From Actinomycetota bacterium (GTDB lineage: Bacteria > Actinomycetota > CADDZG01 > WHSQ01), in NCBI GenBank assembly GCA_035536775.1, contig DATLNM010000037.1, positions 28,526-92,525 of the forward strand: a stretch of DNA of 64,000 nt, in the 5' to 3' direction. Numbering within the stretch: the stretch's first letter is position 1; every line of letters starts with the position of its first letter. Both the position numbers and the translations under genes were made by a program. The notes under the pieces are model-generated. The model was given only the letters and a program-made list of their open reading frames with translations, had not been told where the DNA came from and did no database searches. Shown one piece after another: positions 19,548 through 28,354 of the stretch.

Positions 19548-20798
19548 GTGAACGCCGAACCGCCCTACACCGGGGATTCCTGGCTGAGCAGCGACCGTTC
19601 CGTCCCGCGCTTGATCGCCCGGCCAGTCCTGACGTTCCTTCACACCGAAGCAGCCGGCGGAATGGTTCTTCTGGCCGCCACCCTCGTTGCACTTGTGTGG
19701 GCCAACTCCCCCTTCGCAGAGAGCTACCGGACGCTGTGGCACACAGAGGCATCGGTTTCGATGGGCAGCTTCGAGCTCGCCCACGACCTTAGGCATTGGG
19801 TGAATGAAGGGCTCATGACGATCTTCTTCTTCGTCGTGGCTCTCGAGATCAAGCGTGAGCTCGTGGTCGGAGAGCTCAACGACCCCCGCAAAGCAGCCCT
19901 GCCCGTGGTGGCCGCGTTCGGCGGGATGGTCGTCCCGGCCGCGATCTACGCGTTGCTCAACTGGGCCGGCCCCGGGGCCTCCGGATGGGGCATCCCTATG
20001 GCAACGGACATCGCGTTCGCCCTCGGGGTGCTGGCCCTTCTCGGCGACCGCATCCCCTCGGGACTGAAGGTCTTCCTGCTGAGCCTCGCGATCGTCGACG
20101 ATGTCGGCGCGATCCTGGTCATCGCGCTCTTCTACAGCGCTGGTATCGACCTGCAGTGGGTGGCGCTCGCAGCCTTTGTCGTCGGCATTGTGGCGCTGTT
20201 GAAGAAGATGGACGTCAAGTCGATCCCTGTCTTCGTCTTCCTGGGCTTCGTCATGTGGGTCGGGATGCTGGAATCCGGCGTGCATGCCACCATCGCCGGC
20301 GTCGTGTTGGGACTCATGACTCCTGCCATCCCCACGGGCGACAACGGAACCTCAGTGGCTGAGTGGCTTGTGAGCCGGTTGCATCCATGGACCAGCTTCA
20401 TCGTCATCCCCCTCTTCGCGCTGGCGAATGCGGGACTCTCGGTCAGCCTCGAGCTTTTCGGTGCCGCTGCGCGGTCTCCGGTGACATTAGGGATCGTGGG
20501 TGGGCTGGTCCTTGGGAAGGTCATCGGCATCGCGGGCGCGTCATGGCTAGCTATGCGTCTCAAGCTGGTGGCGCGTCCGGAAGGGATGTCGGCTCACGAG
20601 CTGCTCGGAGCTTCCGCGCTGGCGGGGATCGGCTTCACTGTCTCGTTGTTCATCGCGTCTCTGGCGTTCACATCCGATGAGCTCCAAGACGCTGCCAAGG
20701 TCGGGATCTTCCTCGCGTCGGCTATCGCGGGGGCCGCGGGGATCTTGATCCTGCGCGCCGATCGCGGCGATGAAGAAGACATCGCGGAAAGTTCTTGA
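19548..20798 (+). CDS. nhaA: Na+/H+ antiporter NhaA
   Basis: RBS gaggagg then GTG. WVNEGLMTIFFFVVALEIKRE, GWGIPMATDIAFALGVL, LLSLAIVDDVGAILVIALFY. Confidence 0.93.
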   Translation: MNAEPPYTGDSWLSSDRSVPRLIARPVLTFLHTEAAGGMVLLAATLVALVWANSPFAESYRTLWHTEASVSMGSFELAHDLRHWVNEGLMTIFFFVVALEIKRELVVGELNDPRKAALPVVAAFGGMVVPAAIYALLNWAGPGASGWGIPMATDIAFALGVLALLGDRIPSGLKVFLLSLAIVDDVGAILVIALFYSAGIDLQWVALAAFVVGIVALLKKMDVKSIPVFVFLGFVMWVGMLESGVHATIAGVVLGLMTPAIPTGDNGTSVAEWLVSRLHPWTSFIVIPLFALANAGLSVSLELFGAAARSPVTLGIVGGLVLGKVIGIAGASWLAMRLKLVARPEGMSAHELLGASALAGIGFTVSLFIASLAFTSDELQDAAKVGIFLASAIAGAAGILILRADRGDEEDIAESS

Positions 20799-20849
20799 GT
20801 TGTTTTTCGGACGCCTGACCTGCACTGCGTCACAGCGCGCCTCGTCGCG

Positions 20850-21164
20850 TTGCAACCCGACAAGCAACTTGGCTTTGTTGCGCGCGGTCATGCCGCACGC
20901 ATGGCTGAGCGTCGTTCGGTGTTTCATGACCCCGCTCTCGAACAGAAGGTGACCAGGTGGAAGACGCTCGGCGAGAACTCGGGCGCGGGACAGAGCTGCA
21001 TGAGTCTGATGCGATCGTTCTTGAATTCCGGCCCTCATCGCCACCAGATCTTGGGACCCTTCCGTTTCCAGGGGATCGGCGCTGTCCGGCGCGACGGCCG
21101 CCTCCATGTTCAACACATCTTCGAGGCGCGACGCGACCCGGGCAACATCTACGACTACCCCTGA
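20850..21164 (+). CDS. CAP/SCP (YkwD-like) domain protein lacking a signal peptide; possibly a remnant or a read-through extension of nhaA
   Basis: CAP motifs ARGHAARMA..FHD, LGENSGAG, NSGPHRHQIL, FQGIGAV. The frame is open back to the nhaA TGA (20796-20798) and is the same frame as nhaA. The only start candidate is TTG 20850. Confidence 0.4.
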   Translation: MQPDKQLGFVARGHAARMAERRSVFHDPALEQKVTRWKTLGENSGAGQSCMSLMRSFLNSGPHRHQILGPFRFQGIGAVRRDGRLHVQHIFEARRDPGNIYDYP

Positions 21165-21232
21165 TCTCGGAAGGTTTCCGGCTCCCTCTCTGTTCTAGCA
21201 ACGGTGGTGTTGTATGACCCACCTAGGGAGAG

Positions 21233-22150
21233 ATGGAGGGCGGGACCGTGACCACGCGAGCGTCGCTGATCCACAGCACGTTGATCGACCACATCGCGCG
21301 CGTCGATCTGCGCGTGCGGGACATCGATAGGTCGCTTTCGTTCTATCGATCGGTCGTCGGTCTCGAGGTTGCCGAGGCGACCGCCACCCGTGCGGCCCTG
21401 AGGAGTCCAGAGGGCGAGGTCTTCATCGAGCTCAGTTCCGAGGGCGTGTCACGGCCCGCTGCTCCTGGGGCCACCGGCTTGTTCCACATCGCGATCAGGT
21501 TCCCGACGCGCTCTTCGCTCGGAGATGCTCTTGCACGCCTAGCGGATACGGGTATGGAGATAGGGGCGGGCGACCATCTCGTCAGTGAAGCTCTCTACAT
21601 CAATGACCCCGATGGAAACGGCGTCGAGCTCTATCGTGATCGGCCTATCGATCAATGGCCTCCACCCTCCGGGGACATGGCGATCCCGATGGCGACCCTG
21701 CCCGTCGATCTGCGCGCTCTCCTCGAGGATGGTCACGGACGGGATGCGATCGGCGAGGCGGCGCCCGCGGGGACTGACATGGGTCACGTCCATCTCCAAG
21801 TCTCAGACATCCACGCGACAACGGGCTTCTATTCCGACGTGCTTGGACTCGACCGCACCGCGATGCTCGGCGACAGTGCCGGGTTCTTCTCATCGAACGG
21901 CTATCACCATCACATCGGAGTGAACACGTGGCGCTCACGAGGGGCGACTCCGGTTGACGCGTCACACGCGGGCTTAGAGCGCATCGTGTTCGCGGTTGCG
22001 GACCCAGGTCAGCTTGACGACCTGAGCTCCCGTCTGGGTTATCAGCCGGTTGCCGAGTCCGACGGTTCTGAGGTCCTGACGGCACGTGACCCCGACGGTG
22101 TCGAGATGCAGTTCACTCTCACGAACATGGCGACGGCGAAACGAGAGTGA
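21233..22150 (+). CDS. VOC/glyoxalase family protein, two-domain (catechol 2,3-dioxygenase-like)
   Basis: RVDLRVRDIDRSLSFYRSVVGLEV...LFHIAIRFP...EALYINDPDGNGVELY, and a second repeat GHVHLQVSDIHATTGFYSDVLGLD...GYHHHIGVNTW. Confidence 0.82.
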   Translation: MEGGTVTTRASLIHSTLIDHIARVDLRVRDIDRSLSFYRSVVGLEVAEATATRAALRSPEGEVFIELSSEGVSRPAAPGATGLFHIAIRFPTRSSLGDALARLADTGMEIGAGDHLVSEALYINDPDGNGVELYRDRPIDQWPPPSGDMAIPMATLPVDLRALLEDGHGRDAIGEAAPAGTDMGHVHLQVSDIHATTGFYSDVLGLDRTAMLGDSAGFFSSNGYHHHIGVNTWRSRGATPVDASHAGLERIVFAVADPGQLDDLSSRLGYQPVAESDGSEVLTARDPDGVEMQFTLTNMATAKRE

Positions 22151-22157
22151 CCTGAGC

Positions 22158-23486
22158 ATGGTGACGTCCGTCTCTTTCGGCGACGCGTGCCGGTATTGGG
22201 CGCGCCTTGGGTTCATCAATTTCGGCGGACCCGCGGGTCAGATCGCGATCATGCACGACGAGCTCGTCGATCGGCGAGGGTGGATCAGCAACTCGCGTTT
22301 CCTGCATGCCCTCAACTACTGCATGTTGCTTCCCGGCCCCGAGGCGCAGCAGCTCGCCATCTACATCGGGTGGCTCTTGAACGGGACACTCGGCGGCCTT
22401 GTGGCCGGGATCCTCTTCGTGCTCCCCGCGTTCTTCTTGATCCTGGGGCTCTCCTGGACCTACGCCGTTCATGGAGATATCGGGTGGGTAGCCGCCATCT
22501 TCTTCGGCCTGCGGTCGGTAGTCATAGGCATCGTCGCCGCTGCCGTTATCCGAGTTGGTGCGAAGGCGCTGGCCAACGTCGCGTTGCAGACACTCGCGGT
22601 CGCGTCGTTCATCGCGATCTTCTTCGTGAAGGTCCCGTTCCCGTTCATCATCCTGGCTGCCGGTCTGATCGGCGCCGCCGGCGCACGCATCGCACCCAGG
22701 CTGTTTCCCGCACCGCACCACGGAGACGAAGACGACGACGCAGTGGAAGTGGATGCCGGGCCGAAACGAGGACACCTATGGAGGAGTGTGCGGACGCTCG
22801 GCGTCGGACTTCTGATCTGGTGGGGGCCGCTCGCGATCGTCTTCATCGCTCGCGGCGGAAGCGACACGCTCACCAAAGAGGCGATCTTCTTCAGCCAGAT
22901 GGCGATGGTCACTTTCGGCGGAGCGTACGCGGTGCTTGCGTACGTGAACCAGGCTGCAGTCCACCATTACGGTTGGCTGGAGCCTGGCCAGATGGTGACC
23001 GGCTTGGGCTTGGCCGAATCGACACCGGGGCCGTTGATCATGGTCACGCAGTTCGTCGGATTCATGGGCGCGTACCGCTTCCCGGGAGGCCTCGATCCTG
23101 TTCTTGCCGGGATCCTCGGTGCGACCGTCACGGTGTGGGCGACGTTCGCGCCCTGCTTCCTGTGGATCTTCTTGGGCGCGCCGTATATCGAGCGCTTACG
23201 AGGCAACAAGACGCTGGGTTCAGCGCTCGCGGCGATCACGGCAGCGGTCGTTGGGGTTATCGCCAACCTTGCCGTCACCTTCGCGATCGCGGCGTTGTTC
23301 TCGGGCGTTCGTGGCGGGGCCCTCGGTCAGATCACGTTCCCGGTCCCCGTGCTGCCCTCGATCGATCCGTGGGCGGCGGTACTCGCGGCAGGCGCATTCA
23401 TCGCCCTGTGGCGATTCCGTCTGAACGTCCTTTGGGTCGTGTCCACCGGGGCCCTAGCCGGTCTGGGGCGTGTCGCGTTTCAGTGA
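22158..23486 (+). CDS. chrA: Chromate ion transporter ChrA (two fused CHR domains)
   Basis: Starts MVTSVSFGDACRYWARLGFINFGGPAGQIAIMHDELVDRRGWI. Second-half repeat FSQMAMVTFGGAYAVLAYV...TPGPLIMVTQFVGF. Confidence 0.9.
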   Translation: MVTSVSFGDACRYWARLGFINFGGPAGQIAIMHDELVDRRGWISNSRFLHALNYCMLLPGPEAQQLAIYIGWLLNGTLGGLVAGILFVLPAFFLILGLSWTYAVHGDIGWVAAIFFGLRSVVIGIVAAAVIRVGAKALANVALQTLAVASFIAIFFVKVPFPFIILAAGLIGAAGARIAPRLFPAPHHGDEDDDAVEVDAGPKRGHLWRSVRTLGVGLLIWWGPLAIVFIARGGSDTLTKEAIFFSQMAMVTFGGAYAVLAYVNQAAVHHYGWLEPGQMVTGLGLAESTPGPLIMVTQFVGFMGAYRFPGGLDPVLAGILGATVTVWATFAPCFLWIFLGAPYIERLRGNKTLGSALAAITAAVVGVIANLAVTFAIAALFSGVRGGALGQITFPVPVLPSIDPWAAVLAAGAFIALWRFRLNVLWVVSTGALAGLGRVAFQ

Positions 23487-23516
23487 GATGACGCCGCAGG
23501 TGTCGTGCTGCGATAG

Positions 23517-24683
23517 TTGGGCCCAGTGAGCGAGAGGGCGACAGGCAGGAAGACCGCAGCGCGCAAGGCAACGGCACGCAAGCCAACGCGCCGTCGGTCC
23601 ACGGACCCCTCACCTCCACCCGAAGTAGCGCAAGAGAGGGACCTCGAGGAGCGCTCGATCCCGTTCAGCACGGTGAGCATCATGCGCGTCGTCTTTGCTG
23701 TAGCTGGGGCGCTGTTGCTGCTGTACAGCCTCTACATCCTGCGAAGCGTTCTCGTACTCGTCTTCGTCGCGGCCTTCCTCGCGGTCGGTATAGACCCTGC
23801 GGTGTCAAAGCTCGAAGCGAGGGGTCTCAAACGAGGTGCTGCGGTAGCACTCATCATCGCGGGCATCGTCGTTTTCATAGTCGGGTTTTTCGCCGCGGTT
23901 GTTCCACCTCTCGTCACGCAGGTAACGAGCTTCGCGACGGACCTTCCTGAATATGTTCAGGACATCGCCGAGAGCAATCCTCGGATCCGCGACTACGTGA
24001 GGGACAACGACGTTGCTGAGAAGCTACGTGAGGCTACTGAGGATGCCCCCGCGAAGATCGCAGGATCGATAGGCGGCGTCTTGGGAGTCGCGGGTTCTGT
24101 GTTGTCGAGCATCTTCCGCGTCGTAACGATCATCGTGCTCACGATCTATTTCTCGTCGAGTCTCGCTCGCATCCGTGAGGGAGGCTTGATGCTGGTTCCC
24201 CGCAGCAAACGAGCGCGTGTCAAGGAGCTCTTGGATCCGATTCTCGAGAAGATCGGGGGCTACATCGCCGGCAACATCATCATCTCTCTGATAGCCGGGA
24301 GCCTCGCCTTCATCTTCTTGACGATCGCCGGCGTGCCCTTTCCGGTGGCCCTCGCTCTATGGGTGGCCATCGCGGACCTGCTTCCGCTCGTAGGTGCGAC
24401 GCTGGGGGCGATCCCCGCGGTCATCGTCGCGTTCTTCGTGTCGGCCCCGGTTGGTTTGGCCGCGTTGGTGTACTTCGTGCTCTATCAGCAGGTCGAGAAC
24501 TATCTGATCGCCCCGCGCGTGATGACAAAGGCCGTCGACCTCTCGCCTGCAGCGGTCCTACTCGCGGCGCTCTCAGGGGCCGCGCTGCTTGGCTTCGTGG
24601 GCGCGCTCATGGCGATCCCCGCGGCCGCGGCCGTGAAGCTGATCGTCTACGAGGTGGTCCATCCTCATGTCGAGGAGAGCTGA
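23517..24683 (+). CDS. AI-2E family transporter (UPF0118/PerM-like)
   Basis: 8-TM protein with LWVAIADLLPLVGATLGAIPAVIVAFF and YQQVENYLIAPRVM. The basic N-terminal tail makes the start uncertain. Confidence 0.85.
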   Translation: MGPVSERATGRKTAARKATARKPTRRRSTDPSPPPEVAQERDLEERSIPFSTVSIMRVVFAVAGALLLLYSLYILRSVLVLVFVAAFLAVGIDPAVSKLEARGLKRGAAVALIIAGIVVFIVGFFAAVVPPLVTQVTSFATDLPEYVQDIAESNPRIRDYVRDNDVAEKLREATEDAPAKIAGSIGGVLGVAGSVLSSIFRVVTIIVLTIYFSSSLARIREGGLMLVPRSKRARVKELLDPILEKIGGYIAGNIIISLIAGSLAFIFLTIAGVPFPVALALWVAIADLLPLVGATLGAIPAVIVAFFVSAPVGLAALVYFVLYQQVENYLIAPRVMTKAVDLSPAAVLLAALSGAALLGFVGALMAIPAAAAVKLIVYEVVHPHVEES

Positions 24684-25308
24684 GCCCACGAAGGAGCATC
24701 GCCCGGGCAAGGATCTCCGAGAGAGGGGAGCCGCGGGCGTCGCGCTGATCGCCCTGAGTCCCGTCTTCGCGGTCTGCATCGTTGCGATCCGGGCGGAGGC
24801 GATGTTTCGTCAAGAGGCGCGCGGTCCCGTGTTCTTCCGAGAGAAGCGGATGGCGCGCGGGCGCGTTATCGAGCTCCTGAAGTTTCGGACCCTGACGGCC
24901 AGCGCGCTTGCATCGCTCGGCCCGGGCCCGACCCATATAGCGCGTCTCGAGGAGCAAGGGATGCTCACCGGGACCGGGCGCGTCCTTAAGAAGTGGTACC
25001 TCGACGAGCTGCCTCAGTTGTGGAACATCGTCAGGGGCGATATGGGGCTCATCGGAACCCGCCCCTACCCGATCGAGCTTTATGAAGCGGAGCTCGCCAG
25101 AGGCATCACCCGCAAACGAGACATGCCGACGGGGTTGATCGGGCCGGTGCAGGCCCACAAAGGGGCAACCGACGGACGCAGCGACGTGGATCTGGACCTC
25201 GAGTACTGGGAGGAATACCGAACCGCGTCGGGGTCCCGCCTCCTGCGTATCGATCTCGGGATCGTGGCCCGCTCCCTGAAGGTGCAACTCGAGCATCGAG
25301 GTCTCTAA
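24667..25308 (+). CDS. Small polyprenyl-phosphate glycosyl-phosphotransferase (bacterial sugar transferase family)
   Basis: GPVFFREKRMARGRVIELLKFRTL, LDELPQLWNIVRGDMGLIGTRPYP. 17-nt overlap with the upstream gene. Confidence 0.88.
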   Translation: MSRRAEPTKEHRPGKDLRERGAAGVALIALSPVFAVCIVAIRAEAMFRQEARGPVFFREKRMARGRVIELLKFRTLTASALASLGPGPTHIARLEEQGMLTGTGRVLKKWYLDELPQLWNIVRGDMGLIGTRPYPIELYEAELARGITRKRDMPTGLIGPVQAHKGATDGRSDVDLDLEYWEEYRTASGSRLLRIDLGIVARSLKVQLEHRGL

Positions 25309-25374
25309 AGCGATCGCTAAAGGTTTCGGGGCTTCTGCCGATACCCCTTCCAAGAACCGGTTCTGGAGGATGAA

Positions 25375-26961
25375 GTGCCCCCGCAGACCAGCAGGTCAGA
25401 GGTGTCTTTGGGGACAAGCCGCGAACAAGACGTGGCTATCCCTTCTTTCGGCGCGTCCGGTGCGCCGCAGGCCTCTGACCTGACCTTGGATGTCACCGAA
25501 GCCGTCACTGTGGGCGAGGCGCTCAGCGCCAGCCGTGGGCTCTTGGCGCCGCTGTTCAATGCCGTCCCCGAGCTCATCGTCGTCCTGGAGACCGAAAACA
25601 CGTCTTCCGGCATCTTCTTCCGCTACGTCACTGCCAACAGTGCCTACCTGGCGATCACCGAGCTCCAGTCCGATGACCTCCACGGCGAGCGACTCGATCT
25701 GCTCCCGCCGTCACTGGCGCCCGTGGCGAGCGAGCGATGCCTCCAGGCCATAGCCGAACACGGCCCTTTCCGGTACGAGCAGGTCATACACAAGGGCTCC
25801 GACCGCCTCGTCTTGGACGCGACCGCTACGCCGATCTTCGATGCCGCCGGGACCTGCACGCACATCCTGTGGGTGGCGCGTGACATCACAGAGATGACCG
25901 ACGCCGCCGAGTTGCTGAGGAAGAAAAGCGCCACCCTTCACCTCCTCCAGAAGGCGTCCGCCGCCGCCAACAAGGCCTCGTCGCTGGAAGAAGCCGTTCG
26001 TATCGTTCTCCGTCAGATCTGCCGGCACACCCAGTGGCCCACAGGTCATCTGTACACCGTCGGTGAATCCGGAGGCCTGTTCCCCACACCGGTTTGGCAT
26101 CTCGAGAACCCAAAGGCCTTGGCGCACTTCCGCAAGGTGACCGAGACGACCGAGTTCGGGGTCGGCAGGGGTGTTGCAGGGTGGGCCCACCTGAGCGGTA
26201 ATCCCCAGTGTGTCCGGGATGTCAGCGAGAACGAGCACTTCGAGCGCTCCGGGCTCGCGCGTGACCTCGGCCTGAAAGGCGCATACGCGTTCCCGATCTC
26301 CGTTGGGCGCAACGTTGTCGCCGTCCTCGAGTTCTTCTCTCGCGCTCCGGCCGATCTCGACGAGACGCTCCTGGAGGTCATGGACATGATCGGCAGTCAG
26401 CTCGCGCGTGTCGTCGAGCGCGATATCGCGCGCACGGCACTCGAGCAGAACGCGAAGAAGATGCTTACCCTTTCTCAGCGTGACGACCTGACGGGCCTCA
26501 ACAACCGTCGCGGATTTATCAAGATGTCGCAGTTCCAGCTGAAGCTCGCGAAGAGGACCGGTAAGAGCCTCGCGCTGTTGTTCGTCGACCTCGACAACAT
26601 GAAGGAGATCAACGATCAGCTGGGCCATAGCCACGGCGACCTTGCGCTTACGGATTTGTCGGCGATCCTGTGTGAAACGTTCCGCGAGTCAGACATCCTC
26701 TCGCGCGTGGGTGGCGACGAGTTCTGCGTGCTGCTGACCGAGGGCGGACCGGATTGCGCGCAACGGGCGCTGATCCGGCTCGACGATGCCGTGGGCGATT
26801 ACAACGAGAACAAGGGCAGGCCGTTCGAACTTTCTCTCAGCGTCGGTGTTGCGAAGTACGACCCGCGTGACCCGGTGACGGTGGAAGAGCTCATCGACCG
26901 GGCCGACGGTGAGATGTATCGGGTCAAGGTCGAGAAGCGGGCGCTTGCGCAGGCAGACTGA
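25375..26961 (+). CDS. PAS-GAF-GGDEF diguanylate cyclase
   Basis: RBS ggagga then GTG. PAS (ILWVARDITEM), GAF (GRGVAGWAH...AYAFPI) and GGDEF (DDLTGLNNRRGF...RVGGDEFCVLL). Confidence 0.9.
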   Translation: MPPQTSRSEVSLGTSREQDVAIPSFGASGAPQASDLTLDVTEAVTVGEALSASRGLLAPLFNAVPELIVVLETENTSSGIFFRYVTANSAYLAITELQSDDLHGERLDLLPPSLAPVASERCLQAIAEHGPFRYEQVIHKGSDRLVLDATATPIFDAAGTCTHILWVARDITEMTDAAELLRKKSATLHLLQKASAAANKASSLEEAVRIVLRQICRHTQWPTGHLYTVGESGGLFPTPVWHLENPKALAHFRKVTETTEFGVGRGVAGWAHLSGNPQCVRDVSENEHFERSGLARDLGLKGAYAFPISVGRNVVAVLEFFSRAPADLDETLLEVMDMIGSQLARVVERDIARTALEQNAKKMLTLSQRDDLTGLNNRRGFIKMSQFQLKLAKRTGKSLALLFVDLDNMKEINDQLGHSHGDLALTDLSAILCETFRESDILSRVGGDEFCVLLTEGGPDCAQRALIRLDDAVGDYNENKGRPFELSLSVGVAKYDPRDPVTVEELIDRADGEMYRVKVEKRALAQAD

Positions 26962-26986
26962 CCGTCGCCCGGAGTAAAACGCTAGG

Positions 26987-28099
26987 TCAGCGCGGGATGA
27001 TCCGGTAGATGGCGTCGGGCGTCATGAAATAGAGCCACCCCTTGGGCCCCTTGGATACATCGACGATGCCGTCGTTCGCGTCGTAGATGATGCGGTCCGC
27101 GGTGATGCGCCGACCGGACTCGTCCATGACGAGCCGGTGGAGACGACCCGTCCCGAAGTCACCCATGTAAAGGGAGCCTGAAAGGCTCGCCATCCGGCCC
27201 GTGTACCAGAAGAGATCCGTCGGAACGATCGGAGGGGTCCATCTACGCAACGGCGCGATGGGGTTCGCCCCGCGTCCCTCGCCACCGCACTCGTACGACG
27301 CACCCCATCCGTAGTTGCCGCCGCGCGAAATGAGGTTCACTTCGTCGTCGCAACTCGGCCCGTTCTCACTCTCGTAGAGGATTCCGGTGCTCCGGTTAAC
27401 GGCAAGTCCGAAGGGGTTCCGATGGCCATACGACCACACGGGGTTGGGCGCACCTGGTCTGGAGAACGGGTTGTCGGCTGGGATCGTGCCGTCGTCGTTG
27501 AGCCGCAGGATCTTCCCCAGCCGGTTATCCGTGGACTGTGCTTCCGCCGGATCGTGAGCCTCACCGGTTGAGACGAACAGCTTGTCCCCGATGAACTCGA
27601 GCTGTCCGCCGTTGTGATAGCCGGAGGCTGACGCGTCGATGCCCTTCACGATGATCTTGCGGTCCGTGCACCGGTTATCCGAGACGGTGAAGCGCACGAC
27701 CCTGTTCTCGAGGGGGTCTGCGTTGGTGAAAAAGACATACAGCCAGCGGTTGTCCTTGAAGTCGGGATGGAGGGCAAGACCTAGAGCCCCCCTCTCGCCC
27801 GAGCTCGTGACGTCGAGTCGAGTGCATGCCCGATCGAGGAGATGGGGTCCCATCATCACCCTTATCTTCCCGCTGTTCTTTTCGGTGAAGAAGATCTTCT
27901 GAGTCCGCGGAACCCATGCCATATCCACGGGGAACGAGAGGTCCTCGCGAAAGGTCTGCACCCGGGCCCCCGTGGGCAGCGTGTCGGTCGAGAGCGCCCG
28001 GCGATGGTCGGCGGAGCCCGCCATCGTGGGTGCAGGTGGCGGCGCGAGCGCGATAGCGAGCATCACGAGGCATGCGATCACGGCACCCGACTTCAGCAC
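26987..28099 (-). CDS. Secreted PQQ-dependent sugar dehydrogenase (soluble glucose/sorbosone dehydrogenase family)
   Basis: Signal peptide. HNGGQLEF, WSYGHRNPFGLA, GGNYGWG. Confidence 0.85.
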   Translation of the reverse strand: MLKSGAVIACLVMLAIALAPPPAPTMAGSADHRRALSTDTLPTGARVQTFREDLSFPVDMAWVPRTQKIFFTEKNSGKIRVMMGPHLLDRACTRLDVTSSGERGALGLALHPDFKDNRWLYVFFTNADPLENRVVRFTVSDNRCTDRKIIVKGIDASASGYHNGGQLEFIGDKLFVSTGEAHDPAEAQSTDNRLGKILRLNDDGTIPADNPFSRPGAPNPVWSYGHRNPFGLAVNRSTGILYESENGPSCDDEVNLISRGGNYGWGASYECGGEGRGANPIAPLRRWTPPIVPTDLFWYTGRMASLSGSLYMGDFGTGRLHRLVMDESGRRITADRIIYDANDGIVDVSKGPKGWLYFMTPDAIYRIIPR

Positions 28100-28137
28100 G
28101 CTCGAAGCCTAATGGGGGCGCTGGTTATGATAATCGT

Positions 28138-28226
28138 GGAGGCGTGCCCGAGCGGCCGAAGGGAGCGCACTGCTAATGCGTTAAGGGGTGTAAACCCCTT
28201 CCGGGGTTCAAATCCCCGCGCCTCCG
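28138..28226 (+). tRNA. tRNA-Ser (anticodon GCU), long variable arm
   Basis: Acceptor GGAGGCG/CGCCTCC, anticodon stem-loop gcgca-CTGCTAA-tgcgt, T arm cgggg-ttcaaat-ccccg. Confidence 0.9.
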
Positions 28227-28280
28227 CGCTCATCGACAAGAACGGACGGCTGTTGATAGACGGTTAGAGTTCCACCGCAC

Positions 28281-28354
28281 GCGCCCGTAGCTCAGTGGAT
28301 TAGAGCGTCCGGCTACGGACCGGAAGGTCGGGGGTTCGAATCCCTCCGGGCGTA
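28281..28354 (+). tRNA. tRNA-Arg (anticodon ACG)
   Basis: Acceptor GCGCCCG/CGGGCGT (G1-U72), D arm gctc-agtggatta-gagc, anticodon stem-loop tccgg-CTACGGA-ccgga. Confidence 0.9.

Noticed and set aside
20796-20798. nhaA TGA as a selenocysteine codon (because selB is in the window)
   Set aside because: I see no stable SECIS-like hairpin in the roughly 40 nt after the TGA. Neither NhaA nor CAP domains are known selenoproteins. A nonsense mutation or gene remnant is more parsimonious.
22187-23491. 434-aa alternative-frame ORF across chrA
   Set aside because: It is Arg/Pro/Gly-rich and shares the strand with, and fully overlaps, the ChrA frame. The ChrA frame has clear CHR-domain repeats and TM segments.
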